Below are positions 7,944 to 16,947 of a DNA stretch of 19,520 nucleotides, in pieces; position 1 is the first letter of the stretch, and each line of letters opens with the position of its first letter. The translations under genes were made by a program, and so were the position numbers. The notes under the pieces are model-generated. The model saw nothing but the letters and a program-made list of their open reading frames with translations. It was not told the DNA's origin and searched no databases. The stretch lies in assembly GCA_046757165.1 (NCBI GenBank), contig JBHHXT010000083.1, positions 1 to 19,520 of the forward strand, written 5' to 3'. The stretch is from a bacterium (GTDB lineage Bacteria > Zhuqueibacterota > Zhuqueibacteria > Oceanimicrobiales > Oceanimicrobiaceae).

Positions 7944-9175
7944 CATTTGACACCTGCCCGATTTGTGACAGCAGCGCAAAGGCTGTGCTCCTGACTTTTC
8001 AGAATGCCATGAGATTCTTGTATGGCAAATTCATACCGGTCAGGCTGCAAAAGAGTATCTGCACGACGTGCGGTCACATCTTCAGTGATCTCTATTACAC
8101 CTTTGATGAATTAAAGAATCATTATGAGAATACCAGAGATTCTTCAGAAGATCTTATTTACAGCGAGAAGGACAGTCTGGATGAGACCTTCACAAACTTG
8201 ACAGCATGGGCGCACGATCTGATTGAACGGTCTGGTAGCGATCTGAAGATCCGAAATATTTTGGATGTGGGCTGCGGTAAGTGTGACCTGCTAAGAAGCT
8301 ATGCGCATCTCTATCCTGACGCCGTTCTCTGTGGTATTGACTTTTCTCCGCAAGCCCGCTCATACGGCGATCAAAAAGGAATCTCAGGCGTTGTGGTCGG
8401 CAACTTCATGGCGTACGATTTCAACCGCAAGTTCGACCTGATATCGGCGACTGGCGTGTTGGAGCACCAGGTCGCGCTGCATCAATTCCTGGCCAAAATC
8501 GCTTCTCTCTGCCAGCAGGGCGCGCTCTTGCTCCTGGAGGTGCCAGATAGCTACGCCATTCTCAACGGAAAGCCCAATCTCAAAGCGAAGTACATGCACG
8601 ACATCTGCAACGATGAGCACGTGCATCATTTCAACCTGCACAACTTATCAGCGTTGCTCACACAATATGGTTTTTCGGTTCTGGGGCACCGAACGATAGC
8701 ACGCGGAGACTGGCAAGCTTTAGACTTGCTCTGTCAATTTCACGAAGCTGGGAGGCTGGCGTCACGGTCTGAGGGTTCCAGAACAGACGCTGCTCATGCC
8801 GCAGCGGCGCTCCACAAGAGTTTTGTCTCGAAACGAGCGCATTATCTGCGCCAGTTCGCTGCGCTGATGGCCGCATACGACCGGGTTGGCATCTACGGCG
8901 CCGGGTGGCATACGTCGATTTTGCTGCCATCTTTTTTTGAAATGGATCTTGATAGAGTCAAGATGATTTTTGACCGGGATAAGAGAAAGGTGAATGGCCA
9001 GCTCTTCGGCAAGACGGTGCACTTTCCTGACCGGAAGAGAATGGATGAGGTGGACGCCATCCTGATATCGAGCATCAATATGGAAGACTCCATGCACCGG
9101 TTTCTCCTGGACATGGGCGTCCCATCGCGGAAAATCATTCGTTTATATGAGGTCCTGGACGAACAGAGCGCATGA
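7925..9175 (+). CDS. Class I SAM-dependent methyltransferase with N-terminal Zn-binding CxxC pairs (NDP-sugar C-methyltransferase-like architecture)
   Basis: Motifs CPIC/CTTC, ILDVGCGKC, FDLI...VLEH, LLEVPD and DEHVHHF, plus a C-terminal GIYGAG domain. Confidence 0.85.
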   Translation: MGLLQITFDTCPICDSSAKAVLLTFQNAMRFLYGKFIPVRLQKSICTTCGHIFSDLYYTFDELKNHYENTRDSSEDLIYSEKDSLDETFTNLTAWAHDLIERSGSDLKIRNILDVGCGKCDLLRSYAHLYPDAVLCGIDFSPQARSYGDQKGISGVVVGNFMAYDFNRKFDLISATGVLEHQVALHQFLAKIASLCQQGALLLLEVPDSYAILNGKPNLKAKYMHDICNDEHVHHFNLHNLSALLTQYGFSVLGHRTIARGDWQALDLLCQFHEAGRLASRSEGSRTDAAHAAAALHKSFVSKRAHYLRQFAALMAAYDRVGIYGAGWHTSILLPSFFEMDLDRVKMIFDRDKRKVNGQLFGKTVHFPDRKRMDEVDAILISSINMEDSMHRFLLDMGVPSRKIIRLYEVLDEQSA

Positions 9176-9181
9176 GGCACG

Positions 9182-10492
9182 ATGACCAAAGAGAAGGCAA
9201 TATACATCATCGGCGGTGGGCCATTAGGGTTGAATGTCATAAGATGGGCAACCGAGCTTGGCCTGAAAACCATCGTAACGGATAAGAATGAACAGGCGCC
9301 AGGATTCGAATTGGCGGATGAGTGCTTCATTGCCGACGGCTCGGACACGCGGCCTCATGTGAGCTTCGCCAGAAACCTGGTAGCGACCTGTGACATTGTG
9401 GGTGTTTACTGCGGCAGCGAATTCGGACTGCAGACTATCTTTACGCTCTCCAGGATGCTGGAGCTCGAACATAACCCGTATGATGCAATCGCCAGTGTTC
9501 TGGACAAAGTCAGGATGAAGCGCATCTGGCGTCAGCACGACATCCCAACCCCTGAAGCCGTTGCGGTTGCCGACGGAGCCGCGCTAAGCAAGCTGGTGGC
9601 GCAGAAGGGAACCCTGGTGGTGAAACCCGCCAGAGGGTCGGGAAGCCGGGGGGTTCAGATCGTCAATCGGGACAGCGACTTTGACCAGATCTTTGAACAC
9701 TGCCAACAATCCGTGGAAGGAGAAGGAGAGGTGATCGCGGAGCCCTTTGTGGCTGGCAGGTTGATAGACGCCAACGGGGTATTCATAGAAAACGAATTCT
9801 TTCCGGCAGGCGTCCTGGAGAAATTCACCACGCCTTTCCCTGACTGTCTGCCCATCGGAGGATATGATCCCGCTGCGGTCCCGGCCGAAGAGGCAACCGA
9901 GGTTTATCAGTTGTTAGAGCGCGCGTGCCGGGCTTTGGGGCTCACATTTGGCCCGGTCAAAGGGGATTTTGTGCGCAGCACCACCGGGTACCAGGTTCTT
10001 GAAGTGGCTCCCCGTCTACACGGTGATGTCTCGACCTCGAACACCTTGCCGTACGGGACGGGCATCAATCCCGTCAAGTTCTATTTCAAATACCTGGCGC
10101 ATGGGGTCATTGACGAGGCGCTGCTCCGCCCCGGTCACAAAGCGTACGCAACCTTTCGCGTGATCTGCTTGCCTCCTGGAAATGATTATGCAAGCTTGCA
10201 GAACCATGATTTCGGCAGTCATGACAGAATCACCAAAATTTGGTTCAATCCGAAATATCGAGCGGAGAACAAGCGCTATACCAACACAGCCCACATCCCG
10301 GGTTACATTTGTGCCTGCGGCAAAAATCAGGCAGAAGCGGAAACTGTCCTGGAACAGTTTTTTTTGAGCAATTTTCTTGACCGGCACTATGAGGTTGCCG
10401 ACAAGGAGTGGTACACACGGCTGGGCGAGAGCATCGAGTCGGCCGGGCTTTCAAAGAAATCCATGGGTTATTGGGAAAAGGCATGTCTATGA
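9182..10492 (+). CDS. ATP-grasp domain protein (2)
   Basis: Motifs IIGGG, DKVRMK, VVKPARGSGSRGV, EPFVAG, KGDF and LEVAPRLHG. Confidence 0.88.
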   Translation: MTKEKAIYIIGGGPLGLNVIRWATELGLKTIVTDKNEQAPGFELADECFIADGSDTRPHVSFARNLVATCDIVGVYCGSEFGLQTIFTLSRMLELEHNPYDAIASVLDKVRMKRIWRQHDIPTPEAVAVADGAALSKLVAQKGTLVVKPARGSGSRGVQIVNRDSDFDQIFEHCQQSVEGEGEVIAEPFVAGRLIDANGVFIENEFFPAGVLEKFTTPFPDCLPIGGYDPAAVPAEEATEVYQLLERACRALGLTFGPVKGDFVRSTTGYQVLEVAPRLHGDVSTSNTLPYGTGINPVKFYFKYLAHGVIDEALLRPGHKAYATFRVICLPPGNDYASLQNHDFGSHDRITKIWFNPKYRAENKRYTNTAHIPGYICACGKNQAEAETVLEQFFLSNFLDRHYEVADKEWYTRLGESIESAGLSKKSMGYWEKACL

Positions 10493-11721
10493 AATTTGAG
10501 CTGCACAATCCTGTGAGAATCGTCTTCGGGGCTGGAGAGGTTGGCCGGCTGGGTGAAACGGTGCGGGCCTACGGCACCAGGGTCTTCATCGCTACCATGA
10601 AAGAGCTCGAGGAACTGGGCCTGCTCGATAGAGCCATCGCCTCCATGCAGGCCGCCAGCGTGGACTTTGTTCTCTATCCGGAGGTCAAACCCGAGCCCAA
10701 ATCCGATGCCGTCGATGACGCCACAGAAATCGTTCGCGACGCCGGCTGCGAGGTGGTGCTTGGCGTGGGCGGCGGCAGTTGTCTGGATTTTGCGAAAGCC
10801 CTTGCCATTTGTGCCACCCATCCGGAGACGGTGTGGGACTACGTGAACCTCTCGAACCGTCCGCCCCAGCCCGTGGATGCCGGCAAAGTCTTACCGATTA
10901 TCGCCGTGCCGACCACGGCCGGCACCGGCTCTGAAGTCACGCCCTATGCCGTCATCACCAATGCCGAAACCGTTCAGAAAGGCACGATCAAAGAGAAAGC
11001 GATCTTCCCGAAAGTGGCAATCGTGGACCCTGAACTCACGCTGGGGCTGCCGCCTGGTCTGACCGCCGCCACTGGCATTGACGCGTTTGCCCACGCCCTG
11101 GAATCGTATTTCAACGTGCCGAACCGAACGCCCTATTCCGACAGGCTGGCTGAGGAAGCCCTCCAGTGGGTCATTCGCCATCTGCCGGCGGCGTACGAGA
11201 ACGGCCGGGACCGGCTCGCACGCTCCGGGATGGCCTGGGCCAGCACCCTGGCGGGAATCACCATCTCGTTGGCCGGCACAACCGTTGGCCATGCCCTGGC
11301 ACAGCCGTTGGGCGCCAGAACCGGCGTGTCACATGCAAATGCGGTCGCTACTTTTTTGACCGCAGTTTTGAAACACACCTGGCCCGCAGATAGCGACCGT
11401 TTTGTGAAACTCGCACAGATATTCGGAGTACCGGCCGGGTTAGTCATCGAGGAAGCCGTACAGCAGAGTCTGGCGTGGCTGGAAAACTTTCTCGCCCGCG
11501 TGAACCTGCCGCCGAAACTGCCGGCGGTTCGCGAGCCCGAACGGTTGCGGGAAGGGTTGTTGGAAGATGTCATGACCTACATGTCACGCCCGCTCAACCA
11601 GCATGCCCGGGTCTTTTCGCGCGAGGACCTGTGCCAAATCGTGAAAGAGAGTCTAGATCGAGTCCTGCCGAGCCTTGCGAGCACGAAAACCAAAGTCAAC
11701 CAGGTCGGTGACGGCCGATAG
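10489..11721 (+). CDS. Iron-containing (group III) alcohol dehydrogenase
   Basis: Motifs GGGSCLD, PTTAGTGSE, IVDPELT, and metal ligands in GIDAFAH, GHAL and SHA. Start placed at the ATGA overlap with the upstream stop. Confidence 0.92.
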   Translation: MKFELHNPVRIVFGAGEVGRLGETVRAYGTRVFIATMKELEELGLLDRAIASMQAASVDFVLYPEVKPEPKSDAVDDATEIVRDAGCEVVLGVGGGSCLDFAKALAICATHPETVWDYVNLSNRPPQPVDAGKVLPIIAVPTTAGTGSEVTPYAVITNAETVQKGTIKEKAIFPKVAIVDPELTLGLPPGLTAATGIDAFAHALESYFNVPNRTPYSDRLAEEALQWVIRHLPAAYENGRDRLARSGMAWASTLAGITISLAGTTVGHALAQPLGARTGVSHANAVATFLTAVLKHTWPADSDRFVKLAQIFGVPAGLVIEEAVQQSLAWLENFLARVNLPPKLPAVREPERLREGLLEDVMTYMSRPLNQHARVFSREDLCQIVKESLDRVLPSLASTKTKVNQVGDGR

Positions 11722-11770
11722 CGACCTGCCCGGTTAGGTGGGATTCCCCTCGCATCTTTGTCGGCGACGT

Positions 11771-12832
11771 ATGAACATCCGCAGAATCAATCTGATAGCC
11801 CCCCGGACACTCTCGGAAGAAATCACCCCACTTGACCGGCTTGGCAACAACGAGATTGTTGTGGAAGTCGTGGCCTGCGGTGTCTGTTCGTCAGAGCTTC
11901 CGGTCTATCGTGGCGAAACTGTCGGCAAGCCAGGAGTCTCCTTTCGGTATGCCAGCTATCCCTGCACCCTGGGCCACGAAGTCTCCGGCATCGTCACAGA
12001 TGTCGGGTCGGGCGTGAAAAAGCTCCAGGTCGGGGATCGGGTCACAGGCGTTGCCTACCGGGCGAGCGGCTTCGCCACCCACGTGGTTGAACCGGAGGAA
12101 TTCTGGCTGCGCGTCCCGCGAGCCGTTCCGCTGGAACACGCCCTGGGCGAACCTCTGATGGCGGTGACGAATATCATTCGGCTGGCGGCGCCCGATTTTG
12201 GTGATTTTGTTTTGATCGCCGGGGATGGATTCATGTCGCTGTTGACGGTTGCCGCCCTGGCGCGATATCCTTTGCGCGCGCTTGTCATGGTTGGGCATCA
12301 CGACAATCGGCTGGCGATTGCCAGGGAATTCGGCGCCGACCACGTCATCAATTCAAAACAGGAAGATCCGTATTGGGAGGTGCGGCGTTTAGTGGATGGC
12401 CTTGGCAGGCAGCACACCACGCCCTGGCTGGGGGGCGTCGATATCGCATTTGATTTTACCGGCAAAATGGCCGGGCTGCAACTTTGCGCCAGCCTGTGCA
12501 AACCCAAGCAGCGCGCAAAATTGATGATGGCCGGCTTTTACGATCGCGAAGCCTTTCCGCTCGGCCATTACCTCATCAACCGCGGCATGACCCTCATGCC
12601 CTGTTTCCCCGCGCAGTCGAAAAACATCGTCGACGACCTGCGCCGCGCGGTTTGGGCTCTGCAAGCAAACCTTTTCCCGATCGGTCAGTTGATTACGCAC
12701 GTTTTCACCCTCGATCAGGTGGCGCTGGCGATGGAGCAGGCGAGCTCGCGCACAGATGGGTATATCAAGGGAATCGTGGTGCCGGATCCGTGCAAACTTG
12801 AGTGCAGAAAATACCGAGAAACCCACCCCTAA
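11771..12832 (+). CDS. Zinc-binding medium-chain dehydrogenase
   Basis: Motifs ACGVCSSE, LGHE, GDRV, GEPL, FGADHVIN and LITH. ATG at 11771 is preferred over the track start at 11738. Confidence 0.88.
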   Translation: MNIRRINLIAPRTLSEEITPLDRLGNNEIVVEVVACGVCSSELPVYRGETVGKPGVSFRYASYPCTLGHEVSGIVTDVGSGVKKLQVGDRVTGVAYRASGFATHVVEPEEFWLRVPRAVPLEHALGEPLMAVTNIIRLAAPDFGDFVLIAGDGFMSLLTVAALARYPLRALVMVGHHDNRLAIAREFGADHVINSKQEDPYWEVRRLVDGLGRQHTTPWLGGVDIAFDFTGKMAGLQLCASLCKPKQRAKLMMAGFYDREAFPLGHYLINRGMTLMPCFPAQSKNIVDDLRRAVWALQANLFPIGQLITHVFTLDQVALAMEQASSRTDGYIKGIVVPDPCKLECRKYRETHP

Positions 12833-12897
12833 CCCCTCCCAGGAGGGGAACTTGCGCGCCTGCGGCGCTGCCTGAAGAGCGAGAAATCCCCTCCTGG
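12821..12897 (+). repeat. ACCCACCCCTAACCCCTCCCAGGAGGGGA palindromic repeat with partial partner arm
   Basis: Contains the Zn-ADH TAA stop (12830-12832). CCAGGAGGGGA (12839-12849) pairs with TCCCCTCCTGG (12887-12897). The first 23 bp are the exact inverse of 1934-1956. Confidence 0.8.
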
Positions 12898-12908
12898 TAC
12901 AGGACTAT

Positions 12909-12985
12909 GTAGCCATGCCCCCTTGTGGGGCATACACGAATCACCCTGCGGGAGATAATGGCCACCCACAAGGGGTGGCGGCTAC
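12909..12985. repeat. GTAG-family REP doublet, inverted relative to 1998-2085
   Basis: 12961-12985 is the exact 25/25 reverse complement of 1998-2022. 12909-12931 matches the reverse complement of 2064-2085 with one extra C. The spacers differ. Confidence 0.85.
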
Positions 12986-13025
12986 GAATGCGAACTTCTA
13001 TTTATCTATCTAAACGGAACCAGCT

Positions 13026-14849
13026 ATGAAAAAATCCCTGGAAATTCAAAACCTGAAAACGCTCACCGTGCCACAACTGAGAGCTTTTGCCGACCGTGCC
13101 AGAGAAGAAATGATCGATATTGTTTCGGGGACCGGTGGGCACATCGGGGTCAACGTCGGCGTCCTTGAAATCACGCTCGCGCTGCACCACGTGTTCGACT
13201 TTCCACGCGATCATCTGATATTCGATACGGGTCACAATTGCTATGCCCACAAGATGTTGACCGGGCGCCTTGAGAAATTGCGGACGATGCGCCGCCACGG
13301 CGGTTTGAGCGGCTTTCCCAATCCGAAAGAGAGCGAATTCGACCTGGTTTCGAGCAGCCATGCGGGAACCGGCTTGTCCCTGGGGTTGGGATTGGCCGTG
13401 GCTGAGAAGATGTCTGGCGGCCAAACCCGGACCATCACTCTGGTCGGCGATGGCTCTCTGGTGGAGGGCGCTTCCCAGGAGGCCTTGAATCATATCGGCG
13501 CCACCACGGCGCGCTTGCTGATCGTCTTGAACGACAATGGCATCGCCATCGACCCGTGGGATGGCGGGCTTTACAGGTATCTGGCCCGCCTCCGCAGTGG
13601 CGCCCGCGACACCTACTTTTCTGCGCTCGGATTGGATTATGTCGGCCCAATCGACGGACATGATCTGCAGGCGCTGGTGGAAACCTTTACCAGGCTCAAA
13701 AACATCAGCAAGCCTACCCTGGTCCACTGTTTGACGCGCAAGGGCCACGGCTTGCCGTGGCGCCAGGATGATCCAAACCAAAACCACTGGCTTTTCCCAT
13801 ACGATGAAGAAACCGGAGCGATCATCGAGAACGGAAAAGAGTACTGGATGAAGCCCTCGCAGCCGTTTCTGAATTCAGTTGCCGCCCGCACAATCTATGA
13901 CATCGTCAAGAATGACTCGGACGCGGTGGTGATTTCACCGGCAACCAATGGCATCTCAGGCATCCAACAAATATTCCGCGATTTTCCAGATCAAACCATA
14001 GACGTGGCCATGGCCGAGCAGCATGCGATCATCTTCGCCGTCGGTCTGGCGCTGAAGCGCAAGAAAAAGCCGATTGTCTGTTTCCAATCCGCTTTTCTGC
14101 CCAGGGCTTTTGACCAGCTCATTCAGGATTTGGCCCTCAACCGGGCGCCGGTTCTGATTGTCAACACGCGCTCCGGCATCGCGGGTCTCGACCACGACGT
14201 ACACCATGCGTTATTTGATATTTCCTACCTGACCCCGATCCCACAGCTCGAGGTGTTGTTTCCAGCTTCATCTGGTGAGCTCGAGAAAACTATTGTTGAC
14301 GCCTACGAGAAGCTCACCGGGCCGACCATGGTCTTGTACGCCTACGGGCTGCTGGGCGATCTGGACATGTCAGAAGAGGAGCAGCAGCAGAGCCGCCTTT
14401 ATGGCCGGGACGCCCGGCTTGCCATTGTCACGACCGGGAACACCCACAAGCATGGCTTTGGCCTGCAAACGTACCTGTTTGAGCACGCGGGAATTGGGGC
14501 AGTGGTGACCAACATGACCCAGCTTGCGCCGCGCGACGAAAAACAATTGTTCGAAATCTGTCAGCACTATCCCTTCATCCTCTCTCTGGAAGAGAATGTG
14601 TTGCGAGGCGGGCTCGGATCGATCCTCGCTGAATTCATCTGCGACCAGCAGTTGAGCAACAAGCTCATCAGAGTCGGCACCCCAAACTGCTTCATGGAGA
14701 AAGGATTGAGGAGCTATCTCTATCCAAAACACGGCATGGACTACGCTTCGATTCTTGCCCGGATCGAGAAAACCTGGGGGAAGCATCTCAACCAAACAGA
14801 TGTCACTCATATCGCCGTCGAGCGGACCGCAGCGACTCGCCTGGAATGA
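13026..14849 (+). CDS. dxs: 1-deoxy-D-xylulose-5-phosphate synthase family ThDP enzyme (divergent paralogue)
   Basis: Motifs GGHIG, FDTGHNCYAHKMLTGR, GLSGFP..ESEFD, ThDP motif GDG...LNDN, GPIDGHD, AEQHA, RAFDQ and EEN...GGLGS. Confidence 0.85.
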   Translation: MKKSLEIQNLKTLTVPQLRAFADRAREEMIDIVSGTGGHIGVNVGVLEITLALHHVFDFPRDHLIFDTGHNCYAHKMLTGRLEKLRTMRRHGGLSGFPNPKESEFDLVSSSHAGTGLSLGLGLAVAEKMSGGQTRTITLVGDGSLVEGASQEALNHIGATTARLLIVLNDNGIAIDPWDGGLYRYLARLRSGARDTYFSALGLDYVGPIDGHDLQALVETFTRLKNISKPTLVHCLTRKGHGLPWRQDDPNQNHWLFPYDEETGAIIENGKEYWMKPSQPFLNSVAARTIYDIVKNDSDAVVISPATNGISGIQQIFRDFPDQTIDVAMAEQHAIIFAVGLALKRKKKPIVCFQSAFLPRAFDQLIQDLALNRAPVLIVNTRSGIAGLDHDVHHALFDISYLTPIPQLEVLFPASSGELEKTIVDAYEKLTGPTMVLYAYGLLGDLDMSEEEQQQSRLYGRDARLAIVTTGNTHKHGFGLQTYLFEHAGIGAVVTNMTQLAPRDEKQLFEICQHYPFILSLEENVLRGGLGSILAEFICDQQLSNKLIRVGTPNCFMEKGLRSYLYPKHGMDYASILARIEKTWGKHLNQTDVTHIAVERTAATRLE

Positions 14850-16069
14850 AGCCACGTACCCTCCTCATCATCGGCGCAGGCATCGAACAGGTGCGCGCTT
14901 ATGAGCTCGCGCGCGAAATGGGGCTCCGCACGGTAGGCTCGGACAGGGACCGCAGCGCACCGGCGTTCGCGCTGGCCGATGATCAAATCATTGCCAGCAC
15001 GCGGGATGTGGAGGCCACGGTTCGCGCAGCCAAGGCTTTTCATCGCCGGGTGAGAATAGATGGTGTGATGACTCTGGCAAATGACGTGCCCCTGACCGTT
15101 GCAACGGTGGCGGCCGAATTGGGGCTGCCGGGGATTTCCATCACTTCCGCGACTCTGGCTTCTGACAAATTGGCGATGAAGCAAAAGCTCGCAGCAGACA
15201 CCATTCCGGTGCCCCCGTTTCAAACCATTTGCTCAGCCCGGGACCTGGACACTCTTGCTGCTGAATGGGGGTATCCGCTGGTGATAAAACCGAACGACGG
15301 TCGCGGGGCAAGGGGCGTGCTGCGAATCAACCGCGAGACCGACACGGAATGGGCGTACCGGCACGCGCTGGAGAATTCGGAGCAGGGTGTCGTCATTTGT
15401 GAAAAATTCATCTCGGGAAGACAACTGAGCACCGAATCCATGGTCTACCAGAAGCGCTGCTACACGGCCTGCATCTCGAGCCGCAACTACGAGCTGCTGG
15501 AGCGCTGCGCCCCCTACATCATCGAAAATGGCGGCGTCATCCCCGCTGACCTGCACCCGGAAGAATGGAACGCCACCGAAGAAATTGTCGCCCGGGCAGC
15601 TGAGTCTCTCGGCATTGAGAACGGCACGGTCAAGGGTGACATCGTGCTCTCCGAGCGCGGCCCGGTGGCTATCGAGATGGCGGCCAGATTGAGCGGTGGC
15701 TATCTGTGCACGGACCAAATTCCGCTGGCCCGTGGCGTGGACCTGGTGAAGCAAACGATCAAGCTCGCGCTTGGAGATGAGCTGAACCCGCCGGATTTGA
15801 TCGCCGGCGATCTCTGCAAAATTGGCATCCGGTATTTCTTTCCTGAACCCGGCCGCGTCGTCGACATTCGCGGGTTTGATGAGCTGGACGGCTATCCCTG
15901 GATTTCCAAGAAAATGTTGTTGGTCGAGAAAGGGGACGTCGTTGAAGCGCCCACCAACCACACAAAGCGTGTGGGGTTGGTGCACACCACCGGGCGCACC
16001 TTTCAAGAAGCAGAGCAGAGAGCGATCTCTGCTGCGAATCAGGTGAAAATTGTGACCGTACCATGTTGA
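14846..16069 (+). CDS. ATP-grasp domain protein (3)
   Basis: Motifs IIGAGIEQ, DKLAMK, YPLVIKPNDGRGARGV, EKFISG, KGDI and IEMAARLSGG. ATGA overlap with the DXS-like stop. Confidence 0.9.
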   Translation: MKPRTLLIIGAGIEQVRAYELAREMGLRTVGSDRDRSAPAFALADDQIIASTRDVEATVRAAKAFHRRVRIDGVMTLANDVPLTVATVAAELGLPGISITSATLASDKLAMKQKLAADTIPVPPFQTICSARDLDTLAAEWGYPLVIKPNDGRGARGVLRINRETDTEWAYRHALENSEQGVVICEKFISGRQLSTESMVYQKRCYTACISSRNYELLERCAPYIIENGGVIPADLHPEEWNATEEIVARAAESLGIENGTVKGDIVLSERGPVAIEMAARLSGGYLCTDQIPLARGVDLVKQTIKLALGDELNPPDLIAGDLCKIGIRYFFPEPGRVVDIRGFDELDGYPWISKKMLLVEKGDVVEAPTNHTKRVGLVHTTGRTFQEAEQRAISAANQVKIVTVPC

Positions 16070-16947
16070 GCGCGATGTTTGAAGACCTCCGAAAACTGGC
16101 CACGACCGTACGCAAGAACGCTTTGGCCATGATCTATCATGCCGGATCCGGACATCCGGGCGGCACTTTGAGTGCGGTGGATATTCTGACCTATTTGTAC
16201 AGAAGCGAACTCCGGTTTGGATCGGATGTGCGGGAAAAGAACCGCGACAGGTTTGTCCTTTCGAAGGGACATGCCTGTCCGGCGCTGTATGCCGTGTGGG
16301 CCGAAGTCGGCCTTCTGAGCAAAGAGAAACTCAAGTCCTTCCGCAAACTCAACGATGACTTGCAAGGGCATCCTGCACGCTCGACCACCCCCCGGGCCGA
16401 AGCGAGCACGGGCTCATTGGCGCAGGGATTTTCCTTTGCCATTGGAGCGGCGCTTGGCCTGCGGCATCAGGCGATCCAGAACCGGGTGTATGTGATGCTT
16501 GGAGATGGCGAATTGCAAGAAGGAGAGATCTGGGAAGGTGCGATGTTCGCCGGGCACTACGAGCTGGACAACCTCTGTGCCATCATCGACTACAACAAGA
16601 TGCAGAGCGACGACCTCAACCAGAATATCATGACCCTTGAACCCCTGAGTGACAAATGGCGCGCGTTCAACTGGCACGTTCGGGAAATCGACGGACACAA
16701 GTTCGAAGAAATCGCAGCGGCCTTTCACGAGGCCGCGATGACCAAAGAGAAACCGACCGTGATCATCGCTCATACCGTCAAGGGCAAGGGTGTTTCCTAC
16801 ATGGAAGGTTCGCCAGCCTGGCACGGCAGTTTGCTATTGAGTGAAAACGATTTTCGAGTCGCGCTAGCCGAGCTGGGGTGCAGCAAACCGGAAATAGAAG
16901 CGTACCTTGCCGGGGTGATTCCTGGCACGGCAAAATCGAACATGTAA
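16063..16947 (+). CDS. Transketolase, N-terminal (ThDP-binding) subunit
   Basis: Motifs SGHPGG, DRFVLSKGH, LQGHP, TGSL, GDGELQEG...DYN, KGKG and WHG. An alternative start is possible at 16075. Confidence 0.93.
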   Translation: MLSAMFEDLRKLATTVRKNALAMIYHAGSGHPGGTLSAVDILTYLYRSELRFGSDVREKNRDRFVLSKGHACPALYAVWAEVGLLSKEKLKSFRKLNDDLQGHPARSTTPRAEASTGSLAQGFSFAIGAALGLRHQAIQNRVYVMLGDGELQEGEIWEGAMFAGHYELDNLCAIIDYNKMQSDDLNQNIMTLEPLSDKWRAFNWHVREIDGHKFEEIAAAFHEAAMTKEKPTVIIAHTVKGKGVSYMEGSPAWHGSLLLSENDFRVALAELGCSKPEIEAYLAGVIPGTAKSNM

